Below are positions 46,401 through 55,711 of a stretch of DNA of 64,000 nucleotides, in pieces. The translations under genes were made by a program, and so were the position numbers. The DNA is from a virus. The stretch is from IMG/VR virus record IMGVR_UViG_3300047552_000229, positions 2,630-66,629 of that record; one strand, given 5' to 3'. The notes beneath the pieces were generated by a model. That model saw only the letters and a program-made list of their open reading frames with translations. It was not told where the DNA came from and searched no databases. Within the stretch, counting starts at the first letter, position 1, and each line of letters opens with the position of its first letter.

Positions 46401-49400
46401 GCCGAGAACAAGATTCTTGATTCCGACGTATGGAAAGACTACTTCTCCGCTCGTGAGCGCCATCGTACATACGTCAAGAGCGTGACTGAACAGACGGCTC
46501 GTGAGCTTCTTGAGTCGAGCGACACCGGTGACCTTCCCCTGATCGCAGAAGAAATCTACTGGATGAATGCGCGCAAGGGTACTGCGAGCAAGTCGTATAA
46601 CACTCCATCTAGGTTCTTTGAGACATACGACCAGTACCGAGTTATCGTAGCTACGCCCAAGACAGCAGGGCTTGAGCAACTGGACCAGAGCGACTTCGAG
46701 AAAGTCAGCACGGCGTACATGCCGAACAACACTGATCTGCTGAATGAATGGCTGATGTCGGACGATGATAACGCCCCGATGCCGGAGAAAGAATCGTCCG
46801 ATATACCAAAGGGTAGCATCCTAGTTGGTACAGGAGAGGATGCATTTACTCTGGATATCGCCGCGCTGTTGGCTAAGCAGTTCCGAGGCAGCAACGGCGT
46901 CACCAAAGAAGACGTACTGCGCGAACTGACAGGGCTGTACTTCTCGCTGACTGCAACGGACAGTGATGGCAATAAGATTTACGGCGAACTGCCAATCGAA
47001 ACGGAGCGTATCCTTCTGGATGGGCGTGACCTTCGTCTGGCTGTATCCCAGAACCCGTCCGTAGCAAACAAGAAAGCTCTAGCTGCGTTTGTCAAAGAGC
47101 AGAGCGACTTCCCGCTACTCCGTTCTGAGGACGGTAAGGTCAACATCACCCTTGGTGACTTCCTCAAGGAAGAAACAAAGGATGGTTTCGCTGCTATCGA
47201 CTTCAAGAATGCACCGGACATTGTCCTCAAGGACCCGTACGCTGTAGCCATCAAGCGCGCCAAGCAAGCTCGTGTTAATGCAGAGTTGGCGCGTGACCAA
47301 GCGGCGGTTGATAAAGCTAATCGTGACCTTGCTTATCTGGAGAAAGACAGAGCAGGCGAGATCACCACCGCCAAGGAAATGAAGCAAGGTATTCTGCGCA
47401 TGACAGGTGCGGGTGGTGAAGTGTTCATTCATATGCCTAACCTCATAGCTGCATCTCTGGCTAACAGAGGATTCAATGGCAATATGAGCCAGTTGTCCAA
47501 GGCCACCCAGATGGGCTTGTTCATGAAGGCTATGGAGCACCTCACTGGCAAGCGCAAGTACAAGCTTGTGGGTATGCAGATGGAGTCCGTGCCGGGGCTA
47601 CAGAACAAGCTACGCAACCTTGTGGTATCGGAAGGCGCGGCAGTACGGGGCGGTATCGTTAACAAGGGGCAATATGAGTCGTCCGTAACTTACGGCGATC
47701 TGGTGGATGCGTTCGCACTTAGCGGAAAGAAGCGTATATCGGATTGGGCATCGACTGACACCGACTATGTTGCTAATAAGATTGGCCGCTTTCTTTATTG
47801 GGCTAGCAAGTTAGACAAGATTTCGGAAGATCGTGTCGAGTTCAACACGCCTGTTACTGGTGACGAGCGTGCTAGTGAGTTAGAACGGCAGCTTACTGCG
47901 CTGAACGAGAAGATAGCTGACGAGCAGAGCAAGTCCCACACGATGCGCTTTGCACCCAAGGAAGAGATGCTCGTTTGGAAGAACGGGCTAAAGGGCCTGC
48001 TTACCGAGAAGCAGCGTCTTGAAACCCGCATCGCTCTGAACAACGGTACCCAGAAGGGTGTATCGCAGCAGACTCGTGCCGAGTTGCAGCAGTTCTATAA
48101 GACCAACGTGGCGTATCTGCTCAGTCAAGAACTGGAGCGCGCTCTGGACAATGGTACGGAAGCAGATGTAATGCATCTCTTGGTCAACGGTCCTGATGCA
48201 CAGAAGGTAAAGGCGCTGTTCCAGTTACGGCTGTTGGACGAAGGACAGGGCGGTGAGTTCACGCAGACCCAAGCCTCGCAAGTCATAGGGGACATCGACA
48301 CCACCGGCCCTGAGTGGCCTGCTGCTGTAGCAGAACTCCTGCGTGATGAAGTGGAAGCGCTTAAAGGTCTGTATGGCGTAAGTATGTCCGATGTGGAAGT
48401 CAGTCGTATGACTGAAATGAAGCAACGCCAAGCCCACGAGGCGGGTAACAGTAAAGTCCCGTTGGAAAAGCAATACGAGACAACCCCTTTGAAGGACGAA
48501 GGCGACGCACTTGCAGACGAAGGTACAACCTCTCCCGACGTGTATGGCTTTACTGATGGTCGGCCACAACAAAGTCCTACTCTGGAAGGAGATGCCGCGA
48601 TCCGCGAAACCTTCCGGAACCAACTCACTGCGTTTGACCGTTCACTGGTTCGCCCCAAAGATTCAGAAGAAGGGTTCGGTGCCGGTGCAACACTAGAAGG
48701 AATCATTGCAAAAGACCCGGAGATGATGACGGACCTACAATCTGTTCCGGGCAAGCTCGAAGCACACATCATGCTTATAGATCGACAGATCGCACGCAAT
48801 GATCAGCCGGGCGTGGTGGCTAACGGAGGTACTTTGGGGCAGGTAGTGGCTATGCTCAAGCGAGCTAAGTCTATTCTTGAGCCTTTGGCTAAACCGTTCT
48901 CTGTAGCCAACCCTGCGTACAACGAACTGGTCGCTCCAACCGAAGGGGATGTCGGTAACGCACAGGAGAAGGCTACTCCTAGCGCTGACTTTAGCCACGA
49001 GTACAACCCTGATGCATACCAAGCATCAACGGGTACTGGCATGGGTGCGATAGACACGAAGTTAGACCCTAACTTCCCGCCTAACAACGGGCACCCGCAC
49101 GACGAACTGTTCGCCAACAGGGCCAAACGCGAGGCCGATCCTACGTACCGCTACTCCAAGATGAACGTCCTGCCGCCAGAAACTGTGGCGCATCTTCAAG
49201 GCAGTGCTGACGAACTGTTAGCCCAGTACAAGAAGATGATGAAGAATGTAGGCAGTGCCTATGTCAACACATCAGGCCCTGTGCTAGACGAAAACGGCGA
49301 TATGCAGCCGGAGAAGACTAGCGAATATACAGTGGCGATCAACAGCGCCTTGGCTCTACCTCAGATGTGGTCGTTCATGCACCACGGCGCTATCCATGCT

Positions 49401-51587
49401 CTGCTCAACGCTCTGCAACGTGACGGCGATGATCCTGCTAATAAGAAGGTGGCAGAAAAGATCATGCGTGTATCTAACACCAAGCACATGCAGGCGAAGG
49501 TGAACGCAATCCTCAAGGCTCTTGGGCAAGAGGAAGAGATCGCACGCATTGAAGGCAAGCCTGACGAATACGCTGCCTATATGTTCCAGTTCTCGCATCT
49601 GCATGGAGCAGATGGTAAGCCGATGCTTAGCATCGGTGAGGACACCAAGTCTGCATTCGAGATGGTGAAGCGCTTCCTCGCTTGGATCATTCGTGCGTCT
49701 ACTGAAGCGCAGCAAGTGACTAAGTTCATAGATGCATGGGAACAAGGCAAGGTGGATATTGGGAGTCCGTATGCAGCCAAGGAAGGTCTTGGTATGACCT
49801 ACACCGATACTGCTCTGGACAACCTGAGCGAAACCCTGAAGCCGTTGATGGAAGTAGCCCACAAGTTGATGGATTCTAGCGTCACCCGTATGCGTAGGAT
49901 GAACCATGAAACGGTTAATCAGATTGCTGACTGGTACTCTGGCTCTCACGGTAAGGTAGGCTTCGAAGCCCGCCACAAGATCGAAGCTTTCAAACTGGCG
50001 AACGATCTGAGCAAAACTATGGGTGGTATTGACTCCAAGGCTACTAGGGACGCGCTTGCCGAACTGCTGTCTGGTAGGGAAGTCACTTCCGATGCAGGCA
50101 AGAAGCTACAGAAGTGGATGAAGGACAACGGGATGTATACGCAAGACCGTCCTGAAGTCATCTGGAACATGGACGTTATCAACGACAACCCGGAAGCGTT
50201 CCTGTATGACGTTAAGGAGAGGGGTTGGGCTAAGCCACGTACTCTTACCGATGCTGACAGAGAGACGGCGAATACCATAGTCAATGCGTTGATCAACGCT
50301 AATATGACCTATGCCGGTGATGTGAAGACGATGCATGACATCAACTCCATCGAAGGTATGTATGGGATCGAAGTTCGAGATATTGCCCCCGGCCACTGGG
50401 GTGATCTGTCCAAGTACATGGAGCACGATCCGACCATGTACTTCCCGCACTTGCTGATGCGCCATACGAAATCCATCGCGCATGAGAAGGTGTTCGGTAA
50501 GGACCTCGGCGCACTGAAAGAGGCAATCGCCAAGATCGCACGCGATCCTAAGCTGTCTTCTGCACAGAAGGCTGAGGTCGGTGACTACATCTCTATGATG
50601 GAAGGACGCCTTGGTGCTTCAATGACCCCGGCCATGCGCACCGCGCAAAACTGGGCACTAACAGCTACCAACATAGTGACCCTCCCTCTGGCTATGTTTA
50701 GTCAGTTAGTGGAACCCATGACAGTAGCTGCACGCAGCGGTAATTTGGGCGATGCTTTCAGCGCTATGGGCACTGGCCTAGCAGGTATCCCCGCCGGATT
50801 GTTCGGTACTCCTATCGAAGACCACGAACATCAACTGGCCGAAGAGATCGGGGCTATTGAGCGTGACTCTGCTATCGACAATATGCAGTTCCTACAGAAC
50901 GGCGTGCATATGTCCGGTATGCCGCACAAGATCAGCAAGATGTTCTTCAAGTACAACGGCATGGAAGGATGGCATCGTAGTCAACACGCCGCTGCTGCCG
51001 GCGCTGCCGAGCGCTTCATCATTGCCCACAAGTCAGGTGAGGGTGAGAGCGGTAGGTTCTTGGCAGACGTAGGTCTTACGCCCGAAGATATCAAGATCGA
51101 CGAGCACGGGCATCTGGCGCGTGATGAGAATGGTAAGGTGCCAGAGAAGATCGCTAATGCGATTCACCTGTTCATGCATCAGGCGCTTGCGATCCCCTCG
51201 AAGAGCAACACTGCTATCTGGATGAACGACCCTCGCTTTGCTATCTTGGCACACATGAAGCGCTTCACCTTTGCGTTCCACGAGGACGTGTTGCGCAGGG
51301 CGTTTGATGAGTACAAGAACCACAAGAACGGCGTACCATTGTCGTTGCTGATGGGTGCAATTCCTGTAGCTCTAGCCGCAGGCGGTATGAAACATCTGCT
51401 TAAAGGGGTTGACGTAGGTTGGGATCAAGCTATGATGGGAGCAGTACAGAACTCGTCACTGATGGGCAAGTGGGAATTTATATACAGGGCGATGCAAGAC
51501 GTAGGTTTCGGACATCCGGCAGGGTTTTCGATGCTAGGACCCGTTATCGGAACGGCTTCGGATGTAGCTAGCGGAAGAGGAATTTAA
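43491..51587 (+). CDS. giant internal virion/DNA-ejection (polyvalent-type) protein, 2698 aa
   Basis: N-terminal G/A-rich region with EGATEAIQ, degenerate zincin, C-terminal helical region typical of podovirus ejection proteins. Confidence 0.75.
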   Translation: MSLLSDFAPGPSLLRSFTPETDTSVAADLVKQTVNPHENYFSQGLRSAFMGQGAGDLFQEALDAESKGDRVGAMILKHRAEQLQQEANLERGAVPTWEQASNLTQGLRPLTQYAMSGMGQGAGSMLPSIAAAAITPFGPLAKTVAAAIPAYGMNRGEQVGKQYADPEQAILPVDVRQSNASKYAATASVPDAIVPGAIGARMFGKKVGGALDSAAGTMGWEGATEAIQNRMSDYAQKQLNPEHQYDSAEDMENFRQGVLGGAFGHALTLPGQAIGAAGEASLTAGKDLFGKIQESNAVKSLADSYAKNGIVGVATDALGSAADNIGVFAANVRAMHNVAKVYGWTPIIKDQIDELSGQNKFINRLVASFGTLGATTNKVLFGKDGSAQTLMSNLAKTPERMQGLIAGMNTAQKDAAAIEAAQYVLGKFPPHSDANKAAQAVMEQKNPSKEDLQVVLAAHAIYKTGVEDLDSSKAFDDAANAAELRAKDPVTARAELANRMRDAINSAIHINDSIEGSKDVSDKLIDLSNIQDDQELTGQYMTAKELVRGVEGRAKAGSELEALKGHINKINEARKNAGITEAFSKLTGANIKGGLEGDDLAVAVYEALSKNADKTGLSEEQINDAVKTIVGYYNGNNAALLAKAGNEKGGVLSSMSDFERSVNYLTGGKKKYTSEIYKAVFKKVAGGNPTAVRLSDAVLNVLGERGNIEGQTKKGDTEHQKVLTDAIEATRLMYAPQHTSAFESPMQTAVKKREQQRVYEEMVQKISNHTGTKPDIVRTALLLRANPMHHQAKIKAGLLNPAANVEGNSTDSSVTVAMMKDVLPREADDEGYGGQDGTLNLVGQDEAGLSYDAEATPYESKPLSPVNTEQFRNPGGEFIAELKKLRAMLEGSHNISTVTMNDWASSKLPWGERGNIHSRNRMLQDHMDNILADDAKRLSELTTRYGDLKVSIATLQLKMQEAWEMYDEANAENKILDSDVWKDYFSARERHRTYVKSVTEQTARELLESSDTGDLPLIAEEIYWMNARKGTASKSYNTPSRFFETYDQYRVIVATPKTAGLEQLDQSDFEKVSTAYMPNNTDLLNEWLMSDDDNAPMPEKESSDIPKGSILVGTGEDAFTLDIAALLAKQFRGSNGVTKEDVLRELTGLYFSLTATDSDGNKIYGELPIETERILLDGRDLRLAVSQNPSVANKKALAAFVKEQSDFPLLRSEDGKVNITLGDFLKEETKDGFAAIDFKNAPDIVLKDPYAVAIKRAKQARVNAELARDQAAVDKANRDLAYLEKDRAGEITTAKEMKQGILRMTGAGGEVFIHMPNLIAASLANRGFNGNMSQLSKATQMGLFMKAMEHLTGKRKYKLVGMQMESVPGLQNKLRNLVVSEGAAVRGGIVNKGQYESSVTYGDLVDAFALSGKKRISDWASTDTDYVANKIGRFLYWASKLDKISEDRVEFNTPVTGDERASELERQLTALNEKIADEQSKSHTMRFAPKEEMLVWKNGLKGLLTEKQRLETRIALNNGTQKGVSQQTRAELQQFYKTNVAYLLSQELERALDNGTEADVMHLLVNGPDAQKVKALFQLRLLDEGQGGEFTQTQASQVIGDIDTTGPEWPAAVAELLRDEVEALKGLYGVSMSDVEVSRMTEMKQRQAHEAGNSKVPLEKQYETTPLKDEGDALADEGTTSPDVYGFTDGRPQQSPTLEGDAAIRETFRNQLTAFDRSLVRPKDSEEGFGAGATLEGIIAKDPEMMTDLQSVPGKLEAHIMLIDRQIARNDQPGVVANGGTLGQVVAMLKRAKSILEPLAKPFSVANPAYNELVAPTEGDVGNAQEKATPSADFSHEYNPDAYQASTGTGMGAIDTKLDPNFPPNNGHPHDELFANRAKREADPTYRYSKMNVLPPETVAHLQGSADELLAQYKKMMKNVGSAYVNTSGPVLDENGDMQPEKTSEYTVAINSALALPQMWSFMHHGAIHALLNALQRDGDDPANKKVAEKIMRVSNTKHMQAKVNAILKALGQEEEIARIEGKPDEYAAYMFQFSHLHGADGKPMLSIGEDTKSAFEMVKRFLAWIIRASTEAQQVTKFIDAWEQGKVDIGSPYAAKEGLGMTYTDTALDNLSETLKPLMEVAHKLMDSSVTRMRRMNHETVNQIADWYSGSHGKVGFEARHKIEAFKLANDLSKTMGGIDSKATRDALAELLSGREVTSDAGKKLQKWMKDNGMYTQDRPEVIWNMDVINDNPEAFLYDVKERGWAKPRTLTDADRETANTIVNALINANMTYAGDVKTMHDINSIEGMYGIEVRDIAPGHWGDLSKYMEHDPTMYFPHLLMRHTKSIAHEKVFGKDLGALKEAIAKIARDPKLSSAQKAEVGDYISMMEGRLGASMTPAMRTAQNWALTATNIVTLPLAMFSQLVEPMTVAARSGNLGDAFSAMGTGLAGIPAGLFGTPIEDHEHQLAEEIGAIERDSAIDNMQFLQNGVHMSGMPHKISKMFFKYNGMEGWHRSQHAAAAGAAERFIIAHKSGEGESGRFLADVGLTPEDIKIDEHGHLARDENGKVPEKIANAIHLFMHQALAIPSKSNTAIWMNDPRFAILAHMKRFTFAFHEDVLRRAFDEYKNHKNGVPLSLLMGAIPVALAAGGMKHLLKGVDVGWDQAMMGAVQNSSLMGKWEFIYRAMQDVGFGHPAGFSMLGPVIGTASDVASGRGI

Positions 51588-51589
51588 TC

Positions 51590-52141
51590 ATGGACGACAA
51601 CTTATTCTACAGAGCAGCAGACTACTGGCGTCAACCTGATGCCGGTCTTCCGGGCGGTGCTTGGAACCCGATCAACTCGTTCGGTCTGGGCATGGGTGCT
51701 GTACGTAATGGCATGGAAAATGGCGACATGGTCGAAGCAGGCTTAGGCGCTCTTAGTATGGCCGGTGGTGGTGCCAATGCGGCGGGCGCTCTGAGTATGG
51801 GTGCGAAGTACGCTCCCAAGATCGGACTGGCCGCTAAGCAGGGGGTTAAGGCTCTGGACAAGGCTCTGCTCCCACAAGTGCCGACATTACGTCAGGCTAT
51901 GGCAACACCTCGTCCTGCTACTGCCCCTGTCATGCACCAGAATGCTGTGCAAGCCCAACAGGCCCGTAGCTTTATACGCGGTGGTCAGCCGGGCGGGTAT
52001 ATCAAAGAAGATCACATGAACCCTAGCCTGCTAGCGCAGATGACTTCGAACGCAGGGCGCGCTGTAGCCGATGTGTTCAAGCCTCATACCTCTCTGCGCG
52101 GCCTAACACCGGGCAACGCGGGCATTGGCATAAGAGGATAG
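51590..52141 (+). CDS. Gly/Ala-rich protein, possible internal virion protein
   Basis: Last late gene before the terminator; G/A/M-rich. Confidence 0.6.
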   Translation: MDDNLFYRAADYWRQPDAGLPGGAWNPINSFGLGMGAVRNGMENGDMVEAGLGALSMAGGGANAAGALSMGAKYAPKIGLAAKQGVKALDKALLPQVPTLRQAMATPRPATAPVMHQNAVQAQQARSFIRGGQPGGYIKEDHMNPSLLAQMTSNAGRAVADVFKPHTSLRGLTPGNAGIGIRG

Positions 52142-52174
52142 TATATTTCAGGGCTATTCGCCGTGCTATAAATC

Positions 52175-52203
52175 AAAAGGCCCCGAAAGGGGCCTAATTT
52201 TTT
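52175..52203. terminator. probably bidirectional terminator between the convergent blocks
   Basis: AAAAGGCCCC-GAAA-GGGGCCT followed by AATTTTTT. Confidence 0.8.
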
Positions 52204-52230
52204 GTCAACATACGCCTAATGGCTATGATC

Positions 52231-52365
52231 CTACACAGAAGATAAGCTCGTTTGCTCAACTTCCAGAGTGCGGCCATCAGGGGTCTTGACCATAATCGTA
52301 GTTGGAAAGTGTCCGCGTGATACGACTTCAACGATAATGCCTTCGTATTTCTGATATTTGATCAT
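52231..52365 (-). CDS. small hypothetical protein
   Basis: Start MIKYQ after GAGG. Confidence 0.55.
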   Translation of the reverse strand: MIKYQKYEGIIVEVVSRGHFPTTIMVKTPDGRTLEVEQTSLSSV

Positions 52366-52367
52366 GA

Positions 52368-52610
52368 TTACCTCGTCAGTTTTACAGTGGTTAATGTGGA
52401 CAGGATGAACGCCGATATATCCTCGTTGTGCGAACACACGAACAGGCGAGTTACGTCTGCTCGATGGTCGTAATACTCAATGATGTATCCGTTCTCCGCT
52501 TCCATGAAGTGAAACCCTTGTCTGCGGTGGAAAGAAGAAGCATTGACTGGGCCGCCCACGCATGTATCTTCGATTAGCCAGTTACGGAGCCATTTGCGGA
52601 GCCATCTCAT
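52368..52610 (-). CDS. hypothetical protein
   Basis: SD GGAGG; EAENGYII motif shared with the next gene. Confidence 0.7.
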   Translation of the reverse strand: MRWLRKWLRNWLIEDTCVGGPVNASSFHRRQGFHFMEAENGYIIEYYDHRADVTRLFVCSHNEDISAFILSTLTTVKLTR

Positions 52611-52921
52611 ACCCCCTCCTGTTCGAATTTGTTCTTCACAAGAATGACCTTCAGTTGGTCGGATAAATCATCTACGTTGCTCATAATGTACTGCTCTGAA
52701 TTGCACTTGAGAATGTAGCCGTTAACTGCCTTGTGGATGGAGAACTGCAACACAAGCTTCGAGTCTTTCATCTTGTTCTCCGCTTCCATCTGCGCCATCT
52801 GCATATTCAATCTGCGAATCTCCATCTCGTAGTTGTTCTGGTAGCTAGACAATTGGGCGGGATCGTAACCTATTCCCATAGCAGAGTTGCTCATCGTCAC
52901 CATTCCTTTAGGAACCGCCAT
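52607..52921 (-). CDS. hypothetical protein
   Basis: Start MAVPKG at 52921, after AGGAG; KAVNGYIL motif. Confidence 0.7.
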   Translation of the reverse strand: MAVPKGMVTMSNSAMGIGYDPAQLSSYQNNYEMEIRRLNMQMAQMEAENKMKDSKLVLQFSIHKAVNGYILKCNSEQYIMSNVDDLSDQLKVILVKNKFEQEGV

Positions 52922-53192
52922 GTCCGCTCTCCTGTATGCTCTGGTTAAGAATCTCGACATACCCACAAATATCCGTAAGATTGTCGTCTTGATGCTTGTT
53001 AAGCTCACGGGCAATCTTTAGCTGAATCATACATAGCGCCACCTCCTCGTTGGTTACGTGCTTCTTCAGAATCGGACCCCACAGGTCTGCGATGGTACGC
53101 AGGCTCTGTGCGGCATCTCCATATGCTTCACGTCGTGCACCATGTACGACGTGTAGTGCTTGTTCGCAGGGGGAGAATTGCGGCTCACTCAT
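52908..53192 (-). CDS. DUF6378-like protein
   Basis: V.G.R..AYG....L..IA.LW...VALCMIQLKIARE...H..DNL.DI.GY. Confidence 0.8.
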   Translation of the reverse strand: MSEPQFSPCEQALHVVHGARREAYGDAAQSLRTIADLWGPILKKHVTNEEVALCMIQLKIARELNKHQDDNLTDICGYVEILNQSIQESGHGGS

Positions 53193-55542
53193 TTCCTAGT
53201 CCTTTTAATGTTGTTGAATAGATGTTGCTTGCTTGAATCAGATCGTCGTCAGTGAATTTGAACTTCACATAGATGCCTCGTCCAACAGCGCCATCCCTGC
53301 GAACTACGTCCATGTACATACGGTGATGCTTGACCATAGAACTGAACTTTGCGGGATTTTCGGGGATGTTGCTGAACAGGTACATGAGTAGAATCTTGAG
53401 TTCGTCCCTGAATATAGCGATAGTCTGTTCCTTCATGTGAATCTTGCTGAACAGGAGCGCTACAACCTGTGCATATTCCTTGGTAGGCAGCTTGCCAACC
53501 TGAACGTCCGTTTCGATGTTCATAGGCAGCATGTCTAGCAGGTACATGAAGTTACCCTTCTTGACGATCTCTTCTGCAAACTCGTCCAGACCTGTGGCTG
53601 AGGTAGCCATGATCTTCTTACGAGCATCCGTCTGGATGATCTTTCGGGTAGCATCTGAGTCGTACTTGTACTGGCGCAAGAAGCCATAGAACTCTTCGCA
53701 ATCTTGCCTGATCTGGTCAATACCCTGATCGTCTGTGGTGAACTTGGAGCTTTGGTACTCAGCGCAGTTGAAGCGACGGTCTTCGTAGGGGATTGATACA
53801 GGAGCCGCGCTGTTGGCGGTCATCATTATCGAGCATCTCTTCTTGATAGAGCGAGGCTCTGTGTACATCTTGCGGATTGTGATTGTTGGTTCTGTGATGG
53901 AGTTCTTGAGGAAAGAACTTGCTGAAGCTGCGTTACGTATGATTGCTGCATCTACTTCTTCGTACACTACGATCTGGGCATTCTCCATGTATCCGTTGTA
54001 CGGTTCATTCATTACCATCGGCTTCTGGATGGAGATGTTTGTCTCTCCGAATACCCTTGGCAGTATCTCGTTGATGATAATGCCCTTACCTGTGCCTGTT
54101 GTTCCATGAAGTACCATACATGTATGCACTGGATTGCCTGTCTGCATGATGTAGGCCCATCCGTTAATCATGTTCATAGCGAACTCTTCATGACCTCCAC
54201 AAGCGTGCTTGATTACGTTCCAGATCGAGTCTGGTAACTGATACATCTTGGTTTCGTCGTAAGACTTGAGCAGCTTCGGTGGGATGTATAGGTTTATGGT
54301 ACGAGCTTCGCCATCAATGCGGTTGAAAGCCTCTGGAGCAACGGGAGTTGGGTCATAGATGTGCTCCCAGTCTGTTGGTTCGCCGGTCCACGGCTTGTTG
54401 TACTGCGACATGAAATGTTCGAGTTGCGTGAGGCTGTTGGCTTTGGCGATCTGTATGTCGTGGGTGTTCTGATCATATATAAGATTAAAGTACTGCGCCG
54501 TTGAAAACTGCCTGTACGCCATATGTATAACACCGGCAACTGGCTTATAGTCGATATCCTTCGATACTTCCTTCCAGTAGTCGGGACAGAGGTCTTTTGT
54601 GCGAAAGGGGCCATCACCCTTGAAAGACGAGATGACGCGTGGATCATCTTCCGGGTGATAGTATGCCCATGAATCTCCGTGGTTGAGATTGAGATACGTA
54701 TACCCCCTCTCTGTTTTAACCCCAGTAACGAGTACAGCCGTTGGGTTAGGGACATAGTTGACGCTCCCGTCTTCCTTCATCTTCCAGAATCGTCTGGATG
54801 CTAGCCCCTTGTGCGCACGAAGCTCGTTAATCTTCTGGCGTCTGGCCTTCTCTGTGTTCTCTAAGTTTGGAGTATCGGATGGGATATCGAATACATCTGT
54901 AGATTTTTTTACGAGATGTATTCTGACCGGCATTGGGTCAGGGAATCCAACACACTCCGGCGCGGAGATGTAGATGAGCTTGTCGTTCTGAGCGACGGTT
55001 ACATCAAGAGGCCATGACAGGGCTACGTCTGTAGCCGTCAGGGAAACCTGCTTGGACAGAATCGGGTTGGTCAGGTTGAGGTGCTGAAGATAGCATTTCA
55101 GCTTGACTGCTCCTACCGTCGTAGCCATAAGCATAATATGGCAGGACAGACCCGTTTTGGCGGGGTCAACCTTATAGGACGCGGAGTATTGAACCACGTA
55201 GCTGTGGTCGGCCAATCCTACGCTATCCATATAGTCTTGAGGGGTAGCGAAACCTTGGACATTGTCCAGATCGAACACCACCAGTTCGGTGTCGTCTTCG
55301 GGGAGCGTGCTATTGGCGCGTGACTCCCAGTTGAGGTCACGGTGCAGTCTGCCCTTGAGCATACAGTGCCCAAGAGAAGAGTGCTTGATCATGGCTTTAT
55401 ACAGGTCGCTGATCGTGGTTATAGTCACACGATGGGACTTGAATTGTTTAGCCAGAGGGTACTGTGTTTTTTCTAAGACATTGTTTTTTAGGGCAAAAGT
55501 CTTAGTGAGAGGCATTTTTGCCTCAAGAAATACCTGCTCCAT
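53185..55542 (-). CDS. primase-helicase (N-terminal prim-pol-like domain, C-terminal DUF5906/NrS-1-type helicase)
   Basis: VVFDLD, YSAS...SCH, VAQNDKLIY; VLHGTTGTGKG Walker A, IVVYEE Walker B, EDRRF. Confidence 0.85.
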   Translation of the reverse strand: MEQVFLEAKMPLTKTFALKNNVLEKTQYPLAKQFKSHRVTITTISDLYKAMIKHSSLGHCMLKGRLHRDLNWESRANSTLPEDDTELVVFDLDNVQGFATPQDYMDSVGLADHSYVVQYSASYKVDPAKTGLSCHIMLMATTVGAVKLKCYLQHLNLTNPILSKQVSLTATDVALSWPLDVTVAQNDKLIYISAPECVGFPDPMPVRIHLVKKSTDVFDIPSDTPNLENTEKARRQKINELRAHKGLASRRFWKMKEDGSVNYVPNPTAVLVTGVKTERGYTYLNLNHGDSWAYYHPEDDPRVISSFKGDGPFRTKDLCPDYWKEVSKDIDYKPVAGVIHMAYRQFSTAQYFNLIYDQNTHDIQIAKANSLTQLEHFMSQYNKPWTGEPTDWEHIYDPTPVAPEAFNRIDGEARTINLYIPPKLLKSYDETKMYQLPDSIWNVIKHACGGHEEFAMNMINGWAYIMQTGNPVHTCMVLHGTTGTGKGIIINEILPRVFGETNISIQKPMVMNEPYNGYMENAQIVVYEEVDAAIIRNAASASSFLKNSITEPTITIRKMYTEPRSIKKRCSIMMTANSAAPVSIPYEDRRFNCAEYQSSKFTTDDQGIDQIRQDCEEFYGFLRQYKYDSDATRKIIQTDARKKIMATSATGLDEFAEEIVKKGNFMYLLDMLPMNIETDVQVGKLPTKEYAQVVALLFSKIHMKEQTIAIFRDELKILLMYLFSNIPENPAKFSSMVKHHRMYMDVVRRDGAVGRGIYVKFKFTDDDLIQASNIYSTTLKGLGNE

Positions 55543-55671
55543 ACTTGGCTCCCGGCGGATTTTTTATACAGGGTTGAACCCAAATATTACTCCGGTTTTT
55601 TGGTTTTGCGTAAGGAAAATTGCTAGGGCCTCGCGTCGGTAAGTCGTGAAAAGCAGGTGCGATCCCTAGCT

Positions 55672-55705
55672 GCCGGAGTTATTACCGCCACCCCCGGCTT
55701 GGCGG
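55672..55705 (-). ncRNA. H-type pseudoknot-forming element
   Basis: Minus strand CCGCCA-A-GCCGGGGG-TGGCGG-TAATAA-CTCCGGC; both stems pair fully (one G-U). Confidence 0.55.
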
Positions 55706-55711
55706 AGAGTA

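Noticed and set aside
46959-46973. DSDGN in the giant protein as a virion RNA polymerase motif
   Set aside because: Not DxDGD, and no other multi-subunit or T7/N4-type RNAP motifs were recognised.
52908-53192. DNA base-modification pathway
   Set aside because: Only a DUF6378-like gene; no purZ, thymidylate synthase, queuosine-pathway or glycosyltransferase genes in the window.
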